In this document: positions 36,346 through 49,187 of the stretch, one piece after another
Position numbering within the stretch: the first letter of the stretch is position 1
Layout of the letters: each line of letters opens with the position of its first letter
Source: Octopus sinensis
Taxonomy: Eukaryota
Direction: 5' to 3'
DNA length: 64,000 nt
Assembly: GCF_006345805.1 (NCBI RefSeq)
Contig: NC_043016.1
Coordinates: forward strand, 18,042,001 to 18,106,000
Position numbers and translations under genes: made by a program
The notes under the pieces: model-generated
Told to the model about the DNA's origin: nothing
The model's input: the letters and a program-made list of their open reading frames with translations, nothing else
Databases searched by the model: none

Positions 36346-37544
36346 TCTATTGTTGCCTAAGTTTCTTCATGGTGAATATCCATTGCTCTTCTTGTAGTTT
36401 GTGTGTGGATACTGTCCTTGTTTGGATTAACAAAATTGAGTGAATGATTAACAACCTCATGAGTATAGAATTTGCCAAGACCTGCACTGGAAGCCCACTC
36501 ATCAGATATAAACATGTATATGAAATTTTGGTGTGTCATTAGTGTTGCTTCCAGTTCTGCTTTCTATGCTGGTATGGGTTAGATGGTTTGACTGGAAATG
36601 ACAAGCCGGAGACCTAAACCAAGTTCCAGTTCAGTTTGGCCATAGAGACCATGCCAAACCAGACTGGAACTTGGAACAGTTCTCTGGCTTGCCAGTTCCA
36701 GTCAAACCATCTCACCCATGCCAGCATGGAAAGCAGACTCTAAATGATGATTTATATATGCGCCCTTTTCAAGCCTAGTCAGGCTCATGGGCCTGGTTTC
36801 CCGGTCTCTGTGATGTATGTGTTCCCCCCAGCTGGACGGGACGCCAGTCCATCGCAGCGTTACTCAAGAAACAGGAAGAAAAAGTGAGAAAAAGTTGTGG
36901 CCAAAGAGTCTATCAAGGGTTGCCACCAACTCCCTGCTGGAATCCTCGTGGAGCTTTAGGTGTTTACACTCAATAAACACACACAACGCCCGGTCTGGGA
37001 ATCGAAACCACAATTCTCTGACTGCGAGTCCGCTGCCCTAATCACTGGGTCATTGCGCCTCCACAAATGATGATAATGACAATTTATTTTTCAATTTTTT
37101 TCTGACAATTTACCTTCACTGCATATTAACCATTATTGTTTACAGCTGTGAACTTTACAATACGTTACCAAAGTCGACCATATTGCATGACAAGAACAGA
37201 TTCTGCTGCCAATTTTCTCTAACTCTCTTTTGTTCATATTTCAATGAAGAAACGTCACATAATCAATTAATACAGTAACATTAATGGTGGCTTAGGGTTT
37301 AAAGAACACCAATGTATTCAAAACTGCCTTATACTTGAATGTAAAGGCACGTGGCTTAGTGGTTAAGGAATTCAACTCATGATTGTAAGGTCATGAGTTC
37401 AATTCCCAGCAACACATTGTGTCCTTGAGCAAGACACTTTATTTCACAGCTGGCAAAAATGAGAAGTACCTATATTTCAAAGGGGCCAGCCTTGTCACAC
37501 TCTATGTCACACTGAATCTCCCTGAGAACTACATTAATGATACA

Positions 37545-37945
37545 TAGGTGCTGGAGTGGCTGTATGGTAAGTAGCTTGCTTACCAACCACATGATTCCGG
37601 GTTCAGTCCCACTGCATGGCACCTTGGGCAAGTGTCTTCTACTATAGCCTCGAGCCAACCAAAGCCTTGTGAGTGGATTTGGTAGACGGAAACTGAAAGA
37701 AGCCTGTCGTATATATGTATATATGTATGTGTGTGTATATGTTTGTGTGTCTGTGTTTGTCCCCCTAGCATTTTTTGACAACCGATGCTGGTGTGTTTAG
37801 GTCCCCGTCACTTAGCAGTTCAGCAAAAGAGACCGATAGAATAAGTACTGGGCTTACAAAGAATAAGTCCCGGGGTCGATTTGCTCGACTAAAGTCGGTG
37901 CTCCAGCATGGCCGCAGTCAAATGACTGAAACAAGTAAAAGTAAA
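37545..37945 (+). mobile_element. SINE family A (~400-450 bp): tRNA-like head, internal (AT/GT)n microsatellite, (TAAAAGAG)n tail; representative copy
   Basis: A-box TGGCTGTGTGG, B-box GGTTCAGTCC. About 20 copies, e.g. + strand 598-975, 9230-9495, 19665-20245, 31530-31890, 33780-34215; - strand 5760-6140, 6160-6480, 7305-7685, 20452-20810, 20860-21255, 34800-35210, 46660-47090, 55410-56010, 58005-58350. Confidence 0.85.
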
Positions 37946-38351
37946 AGTAAGTAAAGTAAAGTGTCTGCGGAGGGCTCAGCCACTGGCACGTTAATTTCAT
38001 GAGCAGGCTGTTCTGTTGATCCTATCAGCTGGGACCCTCATCGTCATAACCAACAAAGTGCTCCTTATATTTGAATAATATTAGTAGATGTAAAAATCTA
38101 CAATTAATGTCTAGGGTTTGAAAACTATAGAATTTTTAATCTTTTGAAATATTTTTCAGAAATAAGCACATGAAAATTAATATAATGAGAAGATTGCTTT
38201 TATGAGTTTACAGCAAAATTCTTAATTAAATTATCGATTAAAAAAGGTTAAATGATTTTATTTGATTTTAATATTGTGAAGAGAATGCTTCGATTATTAT
38301 TTCTCTTGGTGCTTCAATTAATAACTGCTGGATACAGTTTAAACTTACGCC

Positions 38352-39040
38352 TGTCTTGCCTCTCTCATCTTTCCCTCTCTCTCTCTCTCTTCCTTGCCAC
38401 TTTCCCCTCTCTCTTCCTTTCCCTCTTTCCTCTCTCCCTTTTCTCTCTTCCCTTCCTGCTTTTCTCCCTCGTTTCTTTCTCTCTTCCCTTCCCACTTTCC
38501 TCTCTCTCTCTCTTCCTTTTCCTCTTTCCTATCTCTCTCTCTCTTTTCTCTCTTCCCTTCCTGCTTTCTTCTCTTATCTCTCTCTCTTCCCTTCCCACTT
38601 TCCTCTCTCTCTCTCCTTTTCCTCTTTCCTATCTCTCTCTCTCTTTTCTCTCTTCCCTTCCTGCTTTCTTCTCTTATCTCTCTCTCTTCCCTTCCCACTT
38701 TCCTCTCTCTCTCTCTTCCTTTTCCTCTTTCCTATCTCTCTCTCTCTTTTCTCTCTTCCCTTCCTGCTTTCTTCTCTTATCTCTCTCTCTTCCCTTCCCA
38801 CTTTCCTCTCTCTCCCTTTTCCTCTTTCCTCTCTCTCTCTCTTCTCTCTTCCCCTCCCACTTTCCTCTATCATCACTCTTTCTCTCATCTAACTCTCACA
38901 TCTCTCTCTCTCTCTCTCTCATCTCACTCTCACATCTCACTCTCCCCTTTCTCTCTTTCCTCTTCCTCTCTTTTTCTCTCTTCCCTTCCAACTTTCCTCT
39001 CTCTTTCTTTCTCTCTTTCTTCTCTCTCCCCCTCTCTCTC
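38352..39040. repeat. Nearly pure polypyrimidine/polypurine tract with 100-105 bp periodicity
   Basis: Rare G anchors CTGCTT at 38456, 38561, 38661 and 38764. Confidence 0.85.
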
Positions 39041-39880
39041 CAACCCCCACCCACACACAACTTACATCTGTATCTGTTATCATTTATTTTCTGTCTGAAA
39101 AAAAATAACAAAAAACACAATTGAGTAACCACACCCTCTCCCAGCTGCGAGATCTTTGTCTTGCAAGTTATTCAGTGTTCCCTAATGGTGTTGGTAAAAG
39201 CACCCAGTACACTCTGTAAAGTGTAAAGATGTTAGGAAAGACAAGCAGACATAAAAACCACACCAAAGCAATGAATGGAGCCCAGTGCAGCTCTCTGGCT
39301 TGCCAATGCCTGTCAGACCATCCAACTCATGCCAGTCTGGAAGACAGTTGTTAAGCAATGACGATGATGATGATGAAGAATTTAATTCTTTGGTTTGATT
39401 CCACAATAAATTTTTTTTTAAGGGCCAAATTATTCATTCCAGTAATGAAATGTAGAAATTGTTAAATTCTTGGATTATGGAAGGAAAACTAAGTCATTTC
39501 CATGAAAGATCTTGAAACATATTTCTGATTTTGCAAACCAAAATGCTCATATTTATATATGTATGTACATATGTATGTTTGCACACACACACACACACAC
39601 ACACAAACACATACATATATATATACATACATGTGAATATATCATCATCATTGTTTAAAGTCCGTTTTTCATGCTGGCATGGGTTGGACGGTTTAACTGG
39701 GGACTAGCAAGCCAGGCTCCAATCTGATTTGGCAAGGTTTCTACGGGTGGATGCACTTCCTAATACCAACCACTCTGAGGGTGTAGTGGGTGCTTTTTAC
39801 ATGACACCAGGATCTTCTGTGTTTGTCTCCCTTCCGGTTGTACACTCAGTACACGTTATGTCATTTGTTATATATGTAAA

Positions 39881-40390
39881 CTAGCAGTATCGCCCGGCGT
39901 TGCTCGGGTTTGTAAGGGAAATAACTATATAAGCATTTTTAGAGAGTTACTTCCCTTATAGATGCCAATTCGGGCTTTCTTAGCCATTTCTGTTTTGGTG
40001 TCTTCAAGCCATGAAGTCGTTGTTCTAAAAGAACGCTGGTCTCCTTGACAACGCATTACGACGTTGATTTCTTACACTCCCTTCCCCACAGCTTCACGAG
40101 GGAGGGAAGGGGGAGAAGCAAACAGTTGCAGCTGTGAGCGTGGACGCCAACTCCGCCGCCATCGACACACAAAAATTATGCATTAAAATGGAATAAAAAA
40201 TGATGTTAAATTATTTTTAAAATCGTAGACTCATCGTTGACGCGCGCTAGTAGTCAGACGGACTCGATATGAATCACGACTATAAGATACCCGAATTTGG
40301 TTAAACTGCACCGCAAAATGTGGGAGGAGTTACAATCTAAATCGAAGGGAACACCACTCACACAACTAGAGTTTTAATATATAATATATT
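39881..40390 (-). mobile_element. Non-autonomous Helitron sharing its 3' end with 13901-14271
   Basis: CTAGCAGTATCGCCCGGCGTTGCTCGGGTTTGTAAGGGAAATAACTAT is near-identical to the reverse complement of 14205-14271; the rest differs. Confidence 0.65.
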
Positions 40391-41299
40391 ATATAAGTGA
40401 ATATATATATGTAAATAATATAAGTGAATATATATATATATATCTATATATATATATATATATATATAAGATGAAAAAACACAGATTTGTTTTACGAGAC
40501 TAAAGAATATATTTAAATCATCATAGCAAAAGTATTATACAATTTAATGAAAATAAGATTTATATACTATTGTGTCTGGGGAGAGTCATTTTCTTTTTGT
40601 GCCTTATATTTTCACACTCACCAATAAAATTTCCACTTATTTCTTATTTTTATTTTACCGGTGAGTGTGTTTAATTATAAGGCACAAAAAGAAATGACTC
40701 TCCACAGACAAAACAGAATATGCTTCAACACACGAACTCATATAAAGAATCTTGCAAACCAAATCCCAAAACAAAAGATTTATATATATATATATATGTT
40801 GGTGCTAGTGCTATGTAAAAAGCACCCTGTACACTCTGTAGAGAGATTGAAATCAGGAATGGCATCCTATTGTAGAAACCAAGCGAAAACAGACTATGGA
40901 ACCCGTTGTGGCCCCTAGCCTTGGCAGTTTCTGTCAAGCTGTCCAACCCATGCCAGCAAGGAGATCAGATGTTAAGCATTTATTATGGTGATGTGTGTGT
41001 GTTTGTCCTTGTCCTCCCACCGTTTGACAACCAGTGTTGTTTTGTTTATGTCCCTCATAGCTTAACTGTTCAGCACAAGTAACCAATTGAATATGGCACC
41101 AAACTTACAAAATAAGTATCGGGATCGATTTGTTCAACTGAACTCCAGCATGATTGCACTCAAAATGACAGACAAGTAAATGGTAAAAGATATTCCTGGC
41201 GGTGGTGGTGGAAACTATGTGTGTTGGTTCATGTGCATGCATGTGTATATTCCCATGTATATACTGTATACGTGTGTGCATGTCTGTGTAGGTGTTTCT

Positions 41300-41700
41300 G
41301 TACACGAAAGAAGGGAAAGAGAGAGAGAGACAGAGACAGACTAATAGAAAGAGAGAGGGAGACAGAGCAACAAAGAAAGAGATAGAAAGATGGAGAAAGA
41401 GAGAGGCTGAAAAAGAGAGAGACAGACAGACAGACAGATAGAGAAAGAGAGAAAAAGAGAGTGAGACAGAGCAAGAGAGAGAGAGAGAGAGGCAGAAAAG
41501 AGAAAGTGAGAGAGAGTAAGAAAGAAATAGAGAAAGAGAGATAGAAATAGAAAGTGAGAGAGAAAAAGAGAGAGTGAGAGAGAGTAAGAGAGAAAGAAAG
41601 AGAAAGTGAGAGAGAAAAAGAGAAAGTGAGAGACAGAGAAAGAAAGAGAGAGAGGGAGAGAGAGAAGTAGGCAGGCAGGCAGGCATGCATGCAGGCAACC
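41300..41700. repeat. (GA)-rich polypurine tract; another at ~42180-42600
   Basis: Direct reading. Confidence 0.85.
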
Positions 41701-42462
41701 TAGAAATCTAACGACCATCCAATATTAAGATTTAATATGACAGAGAAGGAATCAAATATAGAAATTTAAAAATAGAAGAGAATGAATGTGTTTGGAGGAC
41801 ACTTTGCCTAGATCTGTTCTTGCCTTCGTCGTCTTCGTCGTTGTTGTCTCTGATCAAGAAGACCTACGATCAAAAGCATTCCAGCCGTGACCATCCCGTC
41901 TTTTACCTAGTGTAAGGAACTCAGGTTCACATTATTCAACGCAGCCTCACTTCTGATGAGAGGATGTTGGCTGCTATTTCTAGCAGGTTGATCAATCACG
42001 TAGTGGCTTTCCTTACAATATGATTTTTTTTTCTGTTACTCTTTTACCCTTGTAAGCAGCGTGCCTGTTGTGGTCATGCTGGAGCAGACTTTTATTTATT
42101 TATTTATTTATTTATTTATTGATGAAAGAGAACGAGTAGGATCCAAAAATGGTCGGAAATCTAATGAATGAATTAAATAAACAAATAAATAGAGGAGTGA
42201 AAGGAGAAAATAAGAAAGGAGAGTGTGTGAAAGAAAGAGAGGAGGAAAGAGTAAGAAGGGAGAGGGGTAAGCGGAAAGGGAAGGAGAAAAAGAGAGAAAT
42301 TAAAGAGGTAGGAGAAGATCAAAAGAAAGAGGCGAAGGTGGAGAGGAAGATGAGGTGTATTGAGGTGGTGGTGGTGGTGGTGGTGGTGAGGAATACAAAT
42401 AAAGCTGGGGAAAACAACAGGGGGGGAGACAGATTAAGGAGGAAAAGAAGGAGGAGGGGAAG

Positions 42463-42502
<40 letters not shown>

Positions 42503-42686
42503 GAAGGGGACATATAACAAAAGTGGAGACAACATTGGAAAAAAGAGAGAAACGAAAGACAAAGTAGGAAATAAAAGGAAATGCTAAAAATAAAATAAGA
42601 AAATACCTAAAGAGAGAAAAAAAAAATTAACAACAACAACAATAACCACAAAAAATCGATAATTATTTCCTAAGTTTTTGCTGGCG

Positions 42687-42705
42687 TGACGTCAGTTGTA
42701 TAAAT
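42687..42705 (+). promoter_or_regulatory. SCG5: Probable 7B2 core promoter: palindromic CRE TGACGTCA (42687-42694) and TATA box TATAAAT (42699-42705)
   Basis: Motifs read directly. They are followed by an ATG-free segment ending in a perfect CAG/GTAAG donor. cAMP-responsive promoters are typical of neuroendocrine secretory genes. Confidence 0.6.
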
Positions 42706-42724
42706 TATAATAAAATATGATAAT

Positions 42725-42865
42725 TCGCTTCGCGTATTTATCGAACTGACAACAGGTCTTTATAGTTCCTGTTAAGACGAGCCACCGTCGTACACCAGCA
42801 GAACACGGGCATCATTTATATTGAGGTCATTTAAATAACAAATCCAGCCAAACTGCCAGATACAG
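42725..42865 (+). other. SCG5: Probable non-coding first exon of 7B2 (TSS approximate)
   Basis: Starts about 25 nt after the TATA box, contains no ATG, ends TACAG/GTAAGA. An in-frame TAA precedes the junction to the 55070 acceptor. Confidence 0.55.
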
Positions 42866-43083
42866 GTAAGAAATTTATATCCATAAGAAATATAGATATA
42901 TATTTTTTTTTCCACGTTCGTTTTTTTTCTTTTTTCATTCGGTGAAATGCTGTAATATATCATTTGTTATTTGTTATTCTCGCAACATTATGGAGGATGG
43001 ATTGTTGATGTTGAATCTGGAGTTTGCTTGTGTGTATGTGTGTGTTTCTCTTCTTTAATGATTGTTTTGATTTAGTTTCCACA

Positions 43084-43122
<39 letters not shown>

Positions 43123-43239
43123 GTGAGTAAAAAAAAATAATGTCAATGAAAATTGCCTTTACTTTCCGACTACCCTCGTATATAATGAATACACAAACGT
43201 AGTCAATACTTTCTTATACACACACATACATATTGATAC

Positions 43240-43780
<541 letters not shown>

Positions 43781-44042
43781 TTTGTCTCTCTGTCTGTCTG
43801 TTTGTGTCCATCCCTCTTTCTTGTCTGTCAGTTCCCCTATCTATTTCATTTTGATGTCATTCACTATCTATTTGATGCCTTCTTTCTCTCATCACTTATA
43901 TCATCAGCTTATACATGCTTGTGTTTCATGTAGTCGCGCATGTACGTATGGCACTTACGCAACACACGTGTACGCCTATGTAACAAACATGTACATTAAA
44001 TAACATATGGCCGGACAAACATGTTATATATATGTATATATA

Positions 44043-44083
<41 letters not shown>

Positions 44084-44239
44084 TATATGACGTTCCTTCG
44101 ATATTGGTCAACAGAGTATCGGTGAGAGAAGACGATGTCATTCACCTTCTTTTTCAGCCTAGCATCTTTATGTATATCATGATGTAAGGTTGTGTGGGTG
44201 AATGTACCAATATCGAAGGATTGCCAGATCTGTGTGAGT

Positions 44240-44274
<35 letters not shown>

Positions 44275-44969
44275 AGTGTGTGTGTTTGTTTGTGTGTGTG
44301 TGTGTGTGAATGTATGTGTGAATGTTTTGGGGAAAAAAGTGAGAATGTGATAAGATTAGAATTATGAGATTTCATGAAGGCAAAAACAGAACATTTTTGT
44401 CACTTTCTCTATTTGTTTTTTCTCTTCTTGCCTTTCCTTTCGCTTTTCGCTTTTCGTCATTTTTCTTGTATTCTTATAAATTGAATAATCAACAAATATG
44501 TTGAAGAAAAAAAATATAGAATTAAATCTGATCAATATGGCGGCTTTTGCTAGTCCTGTATGTTGAGCGAAAGGCGACCAACAAGAATGACATACCTGGG
44601 TTTTATTTCTTTAAGCTTTTTAAAGAATGATTTGGCATCCTTAAAGACAAAACACATATAGACGGCTTCCGTAAAGAAGCCATCTATACATGTTTTTCTT
44701 TTAATATTGCCTATGTTTTAGCCACGTGACTGAGTGCAAACACAACCGCCAAGGATTGCGATTTTGTTTGTTTTTCATCTGTGGGTGAGAGGGTCAGTAA
44801 TTGAAACAAATAGCAGGAACATTATAAGGAATTCAGTTGACCATTAATGTATTGGAATGGTTTTATATATACAGCACACTTGCATTTAAAGTACTGCCCG
44901 CCCTGTACATAAACACAAATACTCCTCCTACCTACACGAAAACAATGGCCTACACACGTCCTAAACGGT

Positions 44970-45141
44970 AACAGGTAATAAAGTCACTGGAACAAAGTTA
45001 CTATTAATTTATAGTGGCCGGTATTAAAGTCACAGCTAATTTATGGGATCCGGACAAAACCCCCTAGGACAAACCCTACCGGACAAAATCCCTGTGACTT
45101 TATTACCGTGGTTTTTTCCATGTAACTTTTATGCCTGGATT
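44970..45141. mobile_element. Small DNA-element family with GGTAATAAAGTCACAG subterminal repeats; inverted copy at ~4897-5035
   Basis: Repeated GGTA(A/T)TAAAGTCAC(A/T)G and inverted CTGTGACTTTATTACC around GGACAAAA repeats. Confidence 0.45.
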
Positions 45142-45270
45142 CGTCCTAAACATATGGTATCTTATGCTATTGGCATCCCTAATCTGTTTGATTTCTAAAT
45201 GATTCTGTTTTCCTACTAACACAAATGTACAATCTTGTGTTGCTGTTGGTGGTGGTGGTTATCGGCGTCG

Positions 45271-45413
45271 TCTTCTTCTTCTTCTTCTTCTTCTTCTTCT
45301 TCTTCTTCTTCTTCTCCTCCTCCTCCTCTTCCTTCTTCTTCTTCTTCTTCTTCTTCTTCTTCTTCTTCTTCTTCTTCTTCTTCTTCTTCTTCTTCTTCTT
45401 CTTCTTCTTCTTC
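45271..45413. repeat. (CTT/GAA)n tract, ~143 bp with one (CCT)n interruption
   Basis: Direct reading. Confidence 0.95.
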
Positions 45414-46857
45414 CAATCAGGACTCACGCCATTAGCCACAAAGAATAATCTCTGATTCGAGCCTACTCTAAGCTACTAAGAATGCGTGTGGCAACATGAA
45501 GATCCACCCATCACACGCGATAGACTGGCGGTTGCACGGGTGCGAAAGCTACGTTGTTATCTTCATTCCGTAAACCAGTAGCTTTTAACGGGTGGAGAGC
45601 TGAACCATCCTGGGGTACAGAGATTTCGCAATCTAGACTAGGGCCTGAAAGTTTACCACACCATAGTGGGTTACACCATGGTTCCTTTGCTTTGTGGCAG
45701 AAGTAGGAAGAAAGAGTGAGAGAAAGTTGTGGTGAAAGAGTTCAGCAGAGTTCACCCCCCTCCCCCGGCTGGAATTCTTGGAGCTTAGGTGTTTTTGCTC
45801 AATAAACACTCACAATGCCCGGTCTGGGAGTCGAAACCGCGTTCTTACGACCGCGAGTCCGCTGCCCTGACCACTAGGCCATTGCGCCTTCTCCACTGTG
45901 ATTGTCGTTGTCGCAATGGTGTTAGGGATGGTTGTCATCGCGATGATCCTGATCCAACAGTTTGATGACGGAACGTTAGTTAGTCAGCTGGACGACCAAT
46001 TGCGACCTACGGATCCATAGATTCGGAAATGTCATTTCTTCGTTTGGTTGAGAATCGTACATGTTGTAAATCTTGACTTAACGGCGGTTAACTTAATTGG
46101 ATGCTGTGTCCAACGCGTGGAAGTCAGGCTCGCTAGATTAGCAACGCACGGGGGTTAGTGCCTCGTGGGCAAGAACATTCGGTGTCCTCAGTTTAATTAA
46201 CAGACACGACAAGAGGATATTTTGCGATCAGAGAAGAATGACTCCCTATTTCGTTCTCGACCCCCTTTTATAACCTTGTTTGAGAATGTTGCAGTGTGTC
46301 CATTGTCAAATCAAAAATTTTCATTGCCTTAATATCAATAGATTCAAAATACAGATCAATAAACAATATAATTTACTTGATGTTTTTGAACAGAATCTTA
46401 TTCAAACTGAAATTTGAAGATACATACGTACATCCATTCATTCACACACATTGGCACGCATACACACACACTCACACACATGTACATCCATCTTTACATA
46501 ACACAAGCAATCCTTCGGTATTGGTACCTGACGTCATTCATCCCTCATGACGTAGCTAAAGGGATTAGGTTGGAAAAAAGGGTGAAAGACAGCATCTTCT
46601 CATACCGACACTCTGTAGACCAATATCGAAGGTTCGCCCATTATACATATATACTCTCATTACTTTTTTACTTGTTTCAATCATTTGACTGCGGCCATAC
46701 TGGAGCACCGCCTTTAGTCGAGCAAATCGACCCCAGGACTTATTTTTTGTAAGCCTAGTACTTATTCTATCGGTCTCTTTTGCCGAACTGCTAAGTTACG
46801 GGGACGTAAACACGCCAGCATCGGTTGTCAAGCGATGTTGAGGGGACAAACACAGAC

Positions 46858-46924
<67 letters not shown>

Positions 46925-47123
46925 CATATATACGACGGGCTTCTTTCAGTTTCCGTCCACCAAATCCACTCACAAGGCTTTAGTCGGACCGAGGCTATAG
47001 TAGAAGATACTTGCCCAAGGTGCCACGCAGTGGGACTGAACCCAGAACCATGTGGTTGGTAAGCAAGCTACTTACCACACAGCCACTCTATATAAACATA
47101 CATATATATAGATACGTATTACA

Positions 47124-47290
47124 CAGGGCTGGCTCAAGGTACCGGCAACTCAGGCAGTTGCCTGGGGCACCATGTGCTTTTTAGTCTACATTTTCAGTTT
47201 TTCTCCTTGTAAAAGGTTTTAAAATTTTTACTCGTAAGGGCGCCGAAGTTCAGCTTGTTCGGGGCGCCAGCAAACCTAGGGCCGGCCCTG
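47124..47290. mobile_element. hAT-like MITE
   Basis: TIR CAGGGCTGGC / GCCGGCCCTG, GC-rich; the 8-bp TSD is not clean. Confidence 0.5.
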
Positions 47291-47865
47291 TACATACATA
47301 CATCATGAGCTTGACCAGAATGTCCACTGAAGAGGATATGGATCCACCATTATCTGCATAATTTGTGCAACCTTCACCCCGAAAAATCACACAATTAAAA
47401 TAGATGTTAGATAAGAATCGTATTTGCATCGAACTAGGAAGCGAGTGGGCGTCCGAACCTGTCAATCACCCCTCCCTCCTTGTCAACTGGGATTATATAA
47501 TGTATGTGGTGGGGCGATCAGAGAGGTGTTTGTTTTAATGTAAGCATTACCGAAGACTGACAGTTGTAAGAGACAACAGATAAATATGTGAATTCTGTTT
47601 ATCATTTAGAATTACGTGACAAATTAAGCATTAAGCATTACGTGACAAATACAAAAATAATAAAACTGAATGATTTCAGGTAGTGTCGAATGATTTAGAA
47701 AAGTAAATGTCATAAATTGAAACAAATTCAACAGCTTCAAACTCTAAAGTGTTCCTCACAAAAAAAAAAAAAAGGAAATGAAAGAAAAAGGCATATAAAC
47801 TTAAAACAAAATTTACAATCGATGTTTTTCTTCAACACCGACGAAATCGCCCCAGAGCCAGTACC

Positions 47866-48099
47866 TATTTCTTTATTACCCACAAGGGGCTAAACATAGA
47901 GGGAACAAACAAGGACAGACATAGGTATTAAGTCGATTACATCGACCCCAGTGCGTAACTGGTAATTAATTTATCGACCCCCGAAAGGATGAAAGGCAAA
48001 GTCGATCTCGGCGGAATTTGAACTCACAACGTAACGACAGACGGAAATACGGCTACGCATTTCGCCCGGCGTGCTAACGTTTCTGCCAGCTCGCCGCCT
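47866..48099 (-). mobile_element. SINE family B, full-length with perfect 16-bp TSD
   Basis: CCCCAGAGCCAGTACC at 47850-47865 and 48100-48115. Confidence 0.9.
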
Positions 48100-49187
48100 C
48101 CCCAGAGCCAGTACCGTGTTAAGGAACGGGCTCTCTGGGCAGTTGTCCGGGGTGGGCTAGGAGTGGAGTATTACAGATCTAGGGGCCCAATACTGGTCTA
48201 TGTTATGATGTGGCTTGCTGTCAGTAAGTAAATGCTATAAGGGCCCAGTGCGTTGATTCGGCCGGGAACTTACAATGCTACTAAAACAGCCCGGCCTTGT
48301 CCAGCACATCGTGCATCCATCCTTCTGTTGCATCGTTTTATATTTTCATCAAATATGAGAGGCGGTGCCTGTTCTTGCCATTATTTAATTCCGGATCAGA
48401 CCTAATTTAACAGACCTGTGACCAAAGAACTTTCCAACCATGACCATCCCATATTATACTTTCTCTATATCCACATTTTCCGAAAATAGATTTTCTTGAA
48501 AAAAAAAAAAAATAGAAAAACCCAACCCCAGACGGAATATAATTTGCTTAGTTTAGCAGATCCAGCGAAAGCGTAGAAGTTCCCTCAAAGTGTATGTAGA
48601 GTGGGATATTCTGGAAGGTGCTAAGTGAACTTGGTTCGAACCCGAACGCAACAGCTGTTACACTTATTGATGCTATGCATCCAATCACAGTCTTCGGATT
48701 ATGATATTCCTGATATTGTGTGTTGGTATATCTCAGGCATCATGATTAGAGTATAGTAAGATAACAGAGTATCGCCGATAGGAGGAGAGGTTTGGAAGGT
48801 AAAGGAGGGGGGGATGAAATAGAATAAATAAAAATAAAAATAAAACAAGATAAATTGAATTATGAGGAGGTTTAATTTTCGTAATAGATTTAAGGATATA
48901 AGAATTTTAAAAGTTCGTGGTTGTAAGAGATTAAGTATATGTAAAAGGTTTATCACGAAAAATAAACCTCCTCATCTTGTTTTATTTTATTTCAATTTAT
49001 CATTGTTCCACCCTCCTTCTTTACCTTTCTAATTTCTTCTACTAATGGCGTTAGCCCGTTATTTTTCTCTACAGAAATCGTGTGCCTGTGTTTGCTAATG
49101 TTGGTTAGAATTGCGTAGGAGGGTTTTGTAGTGTTCTTGGGATGTCCGTTTTCAGCCAGTCGAGCTATAATGTATCGCATACAGGAA

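Noticed and set aside
38252-39124. Long ORFs (290 aa and overlapping) rich in Leu/Ser/Phe or Arg/Glu/Lys
   Set aside because: Translations of a CT/GA low-complexity tract, open in many frames. The same applies to ORFs at 32094-32623, 41105-41718, 43159-44003, 45179-45455 and 55402-55961.
45950-46260. CpG-rich non-repetitive segment in 7B2 intron 1
   Set aside because: No ORF, splice signals or recognisable RNA motif; cannot be assigned without a search.
48690-48760. Minus-strand ATGATG-CCTGA...TCAGG-AATA resembling a decayed hammerhead
   Set aside because: Neither CTGANGA nor GAAA is intact, so it cannot be supported.
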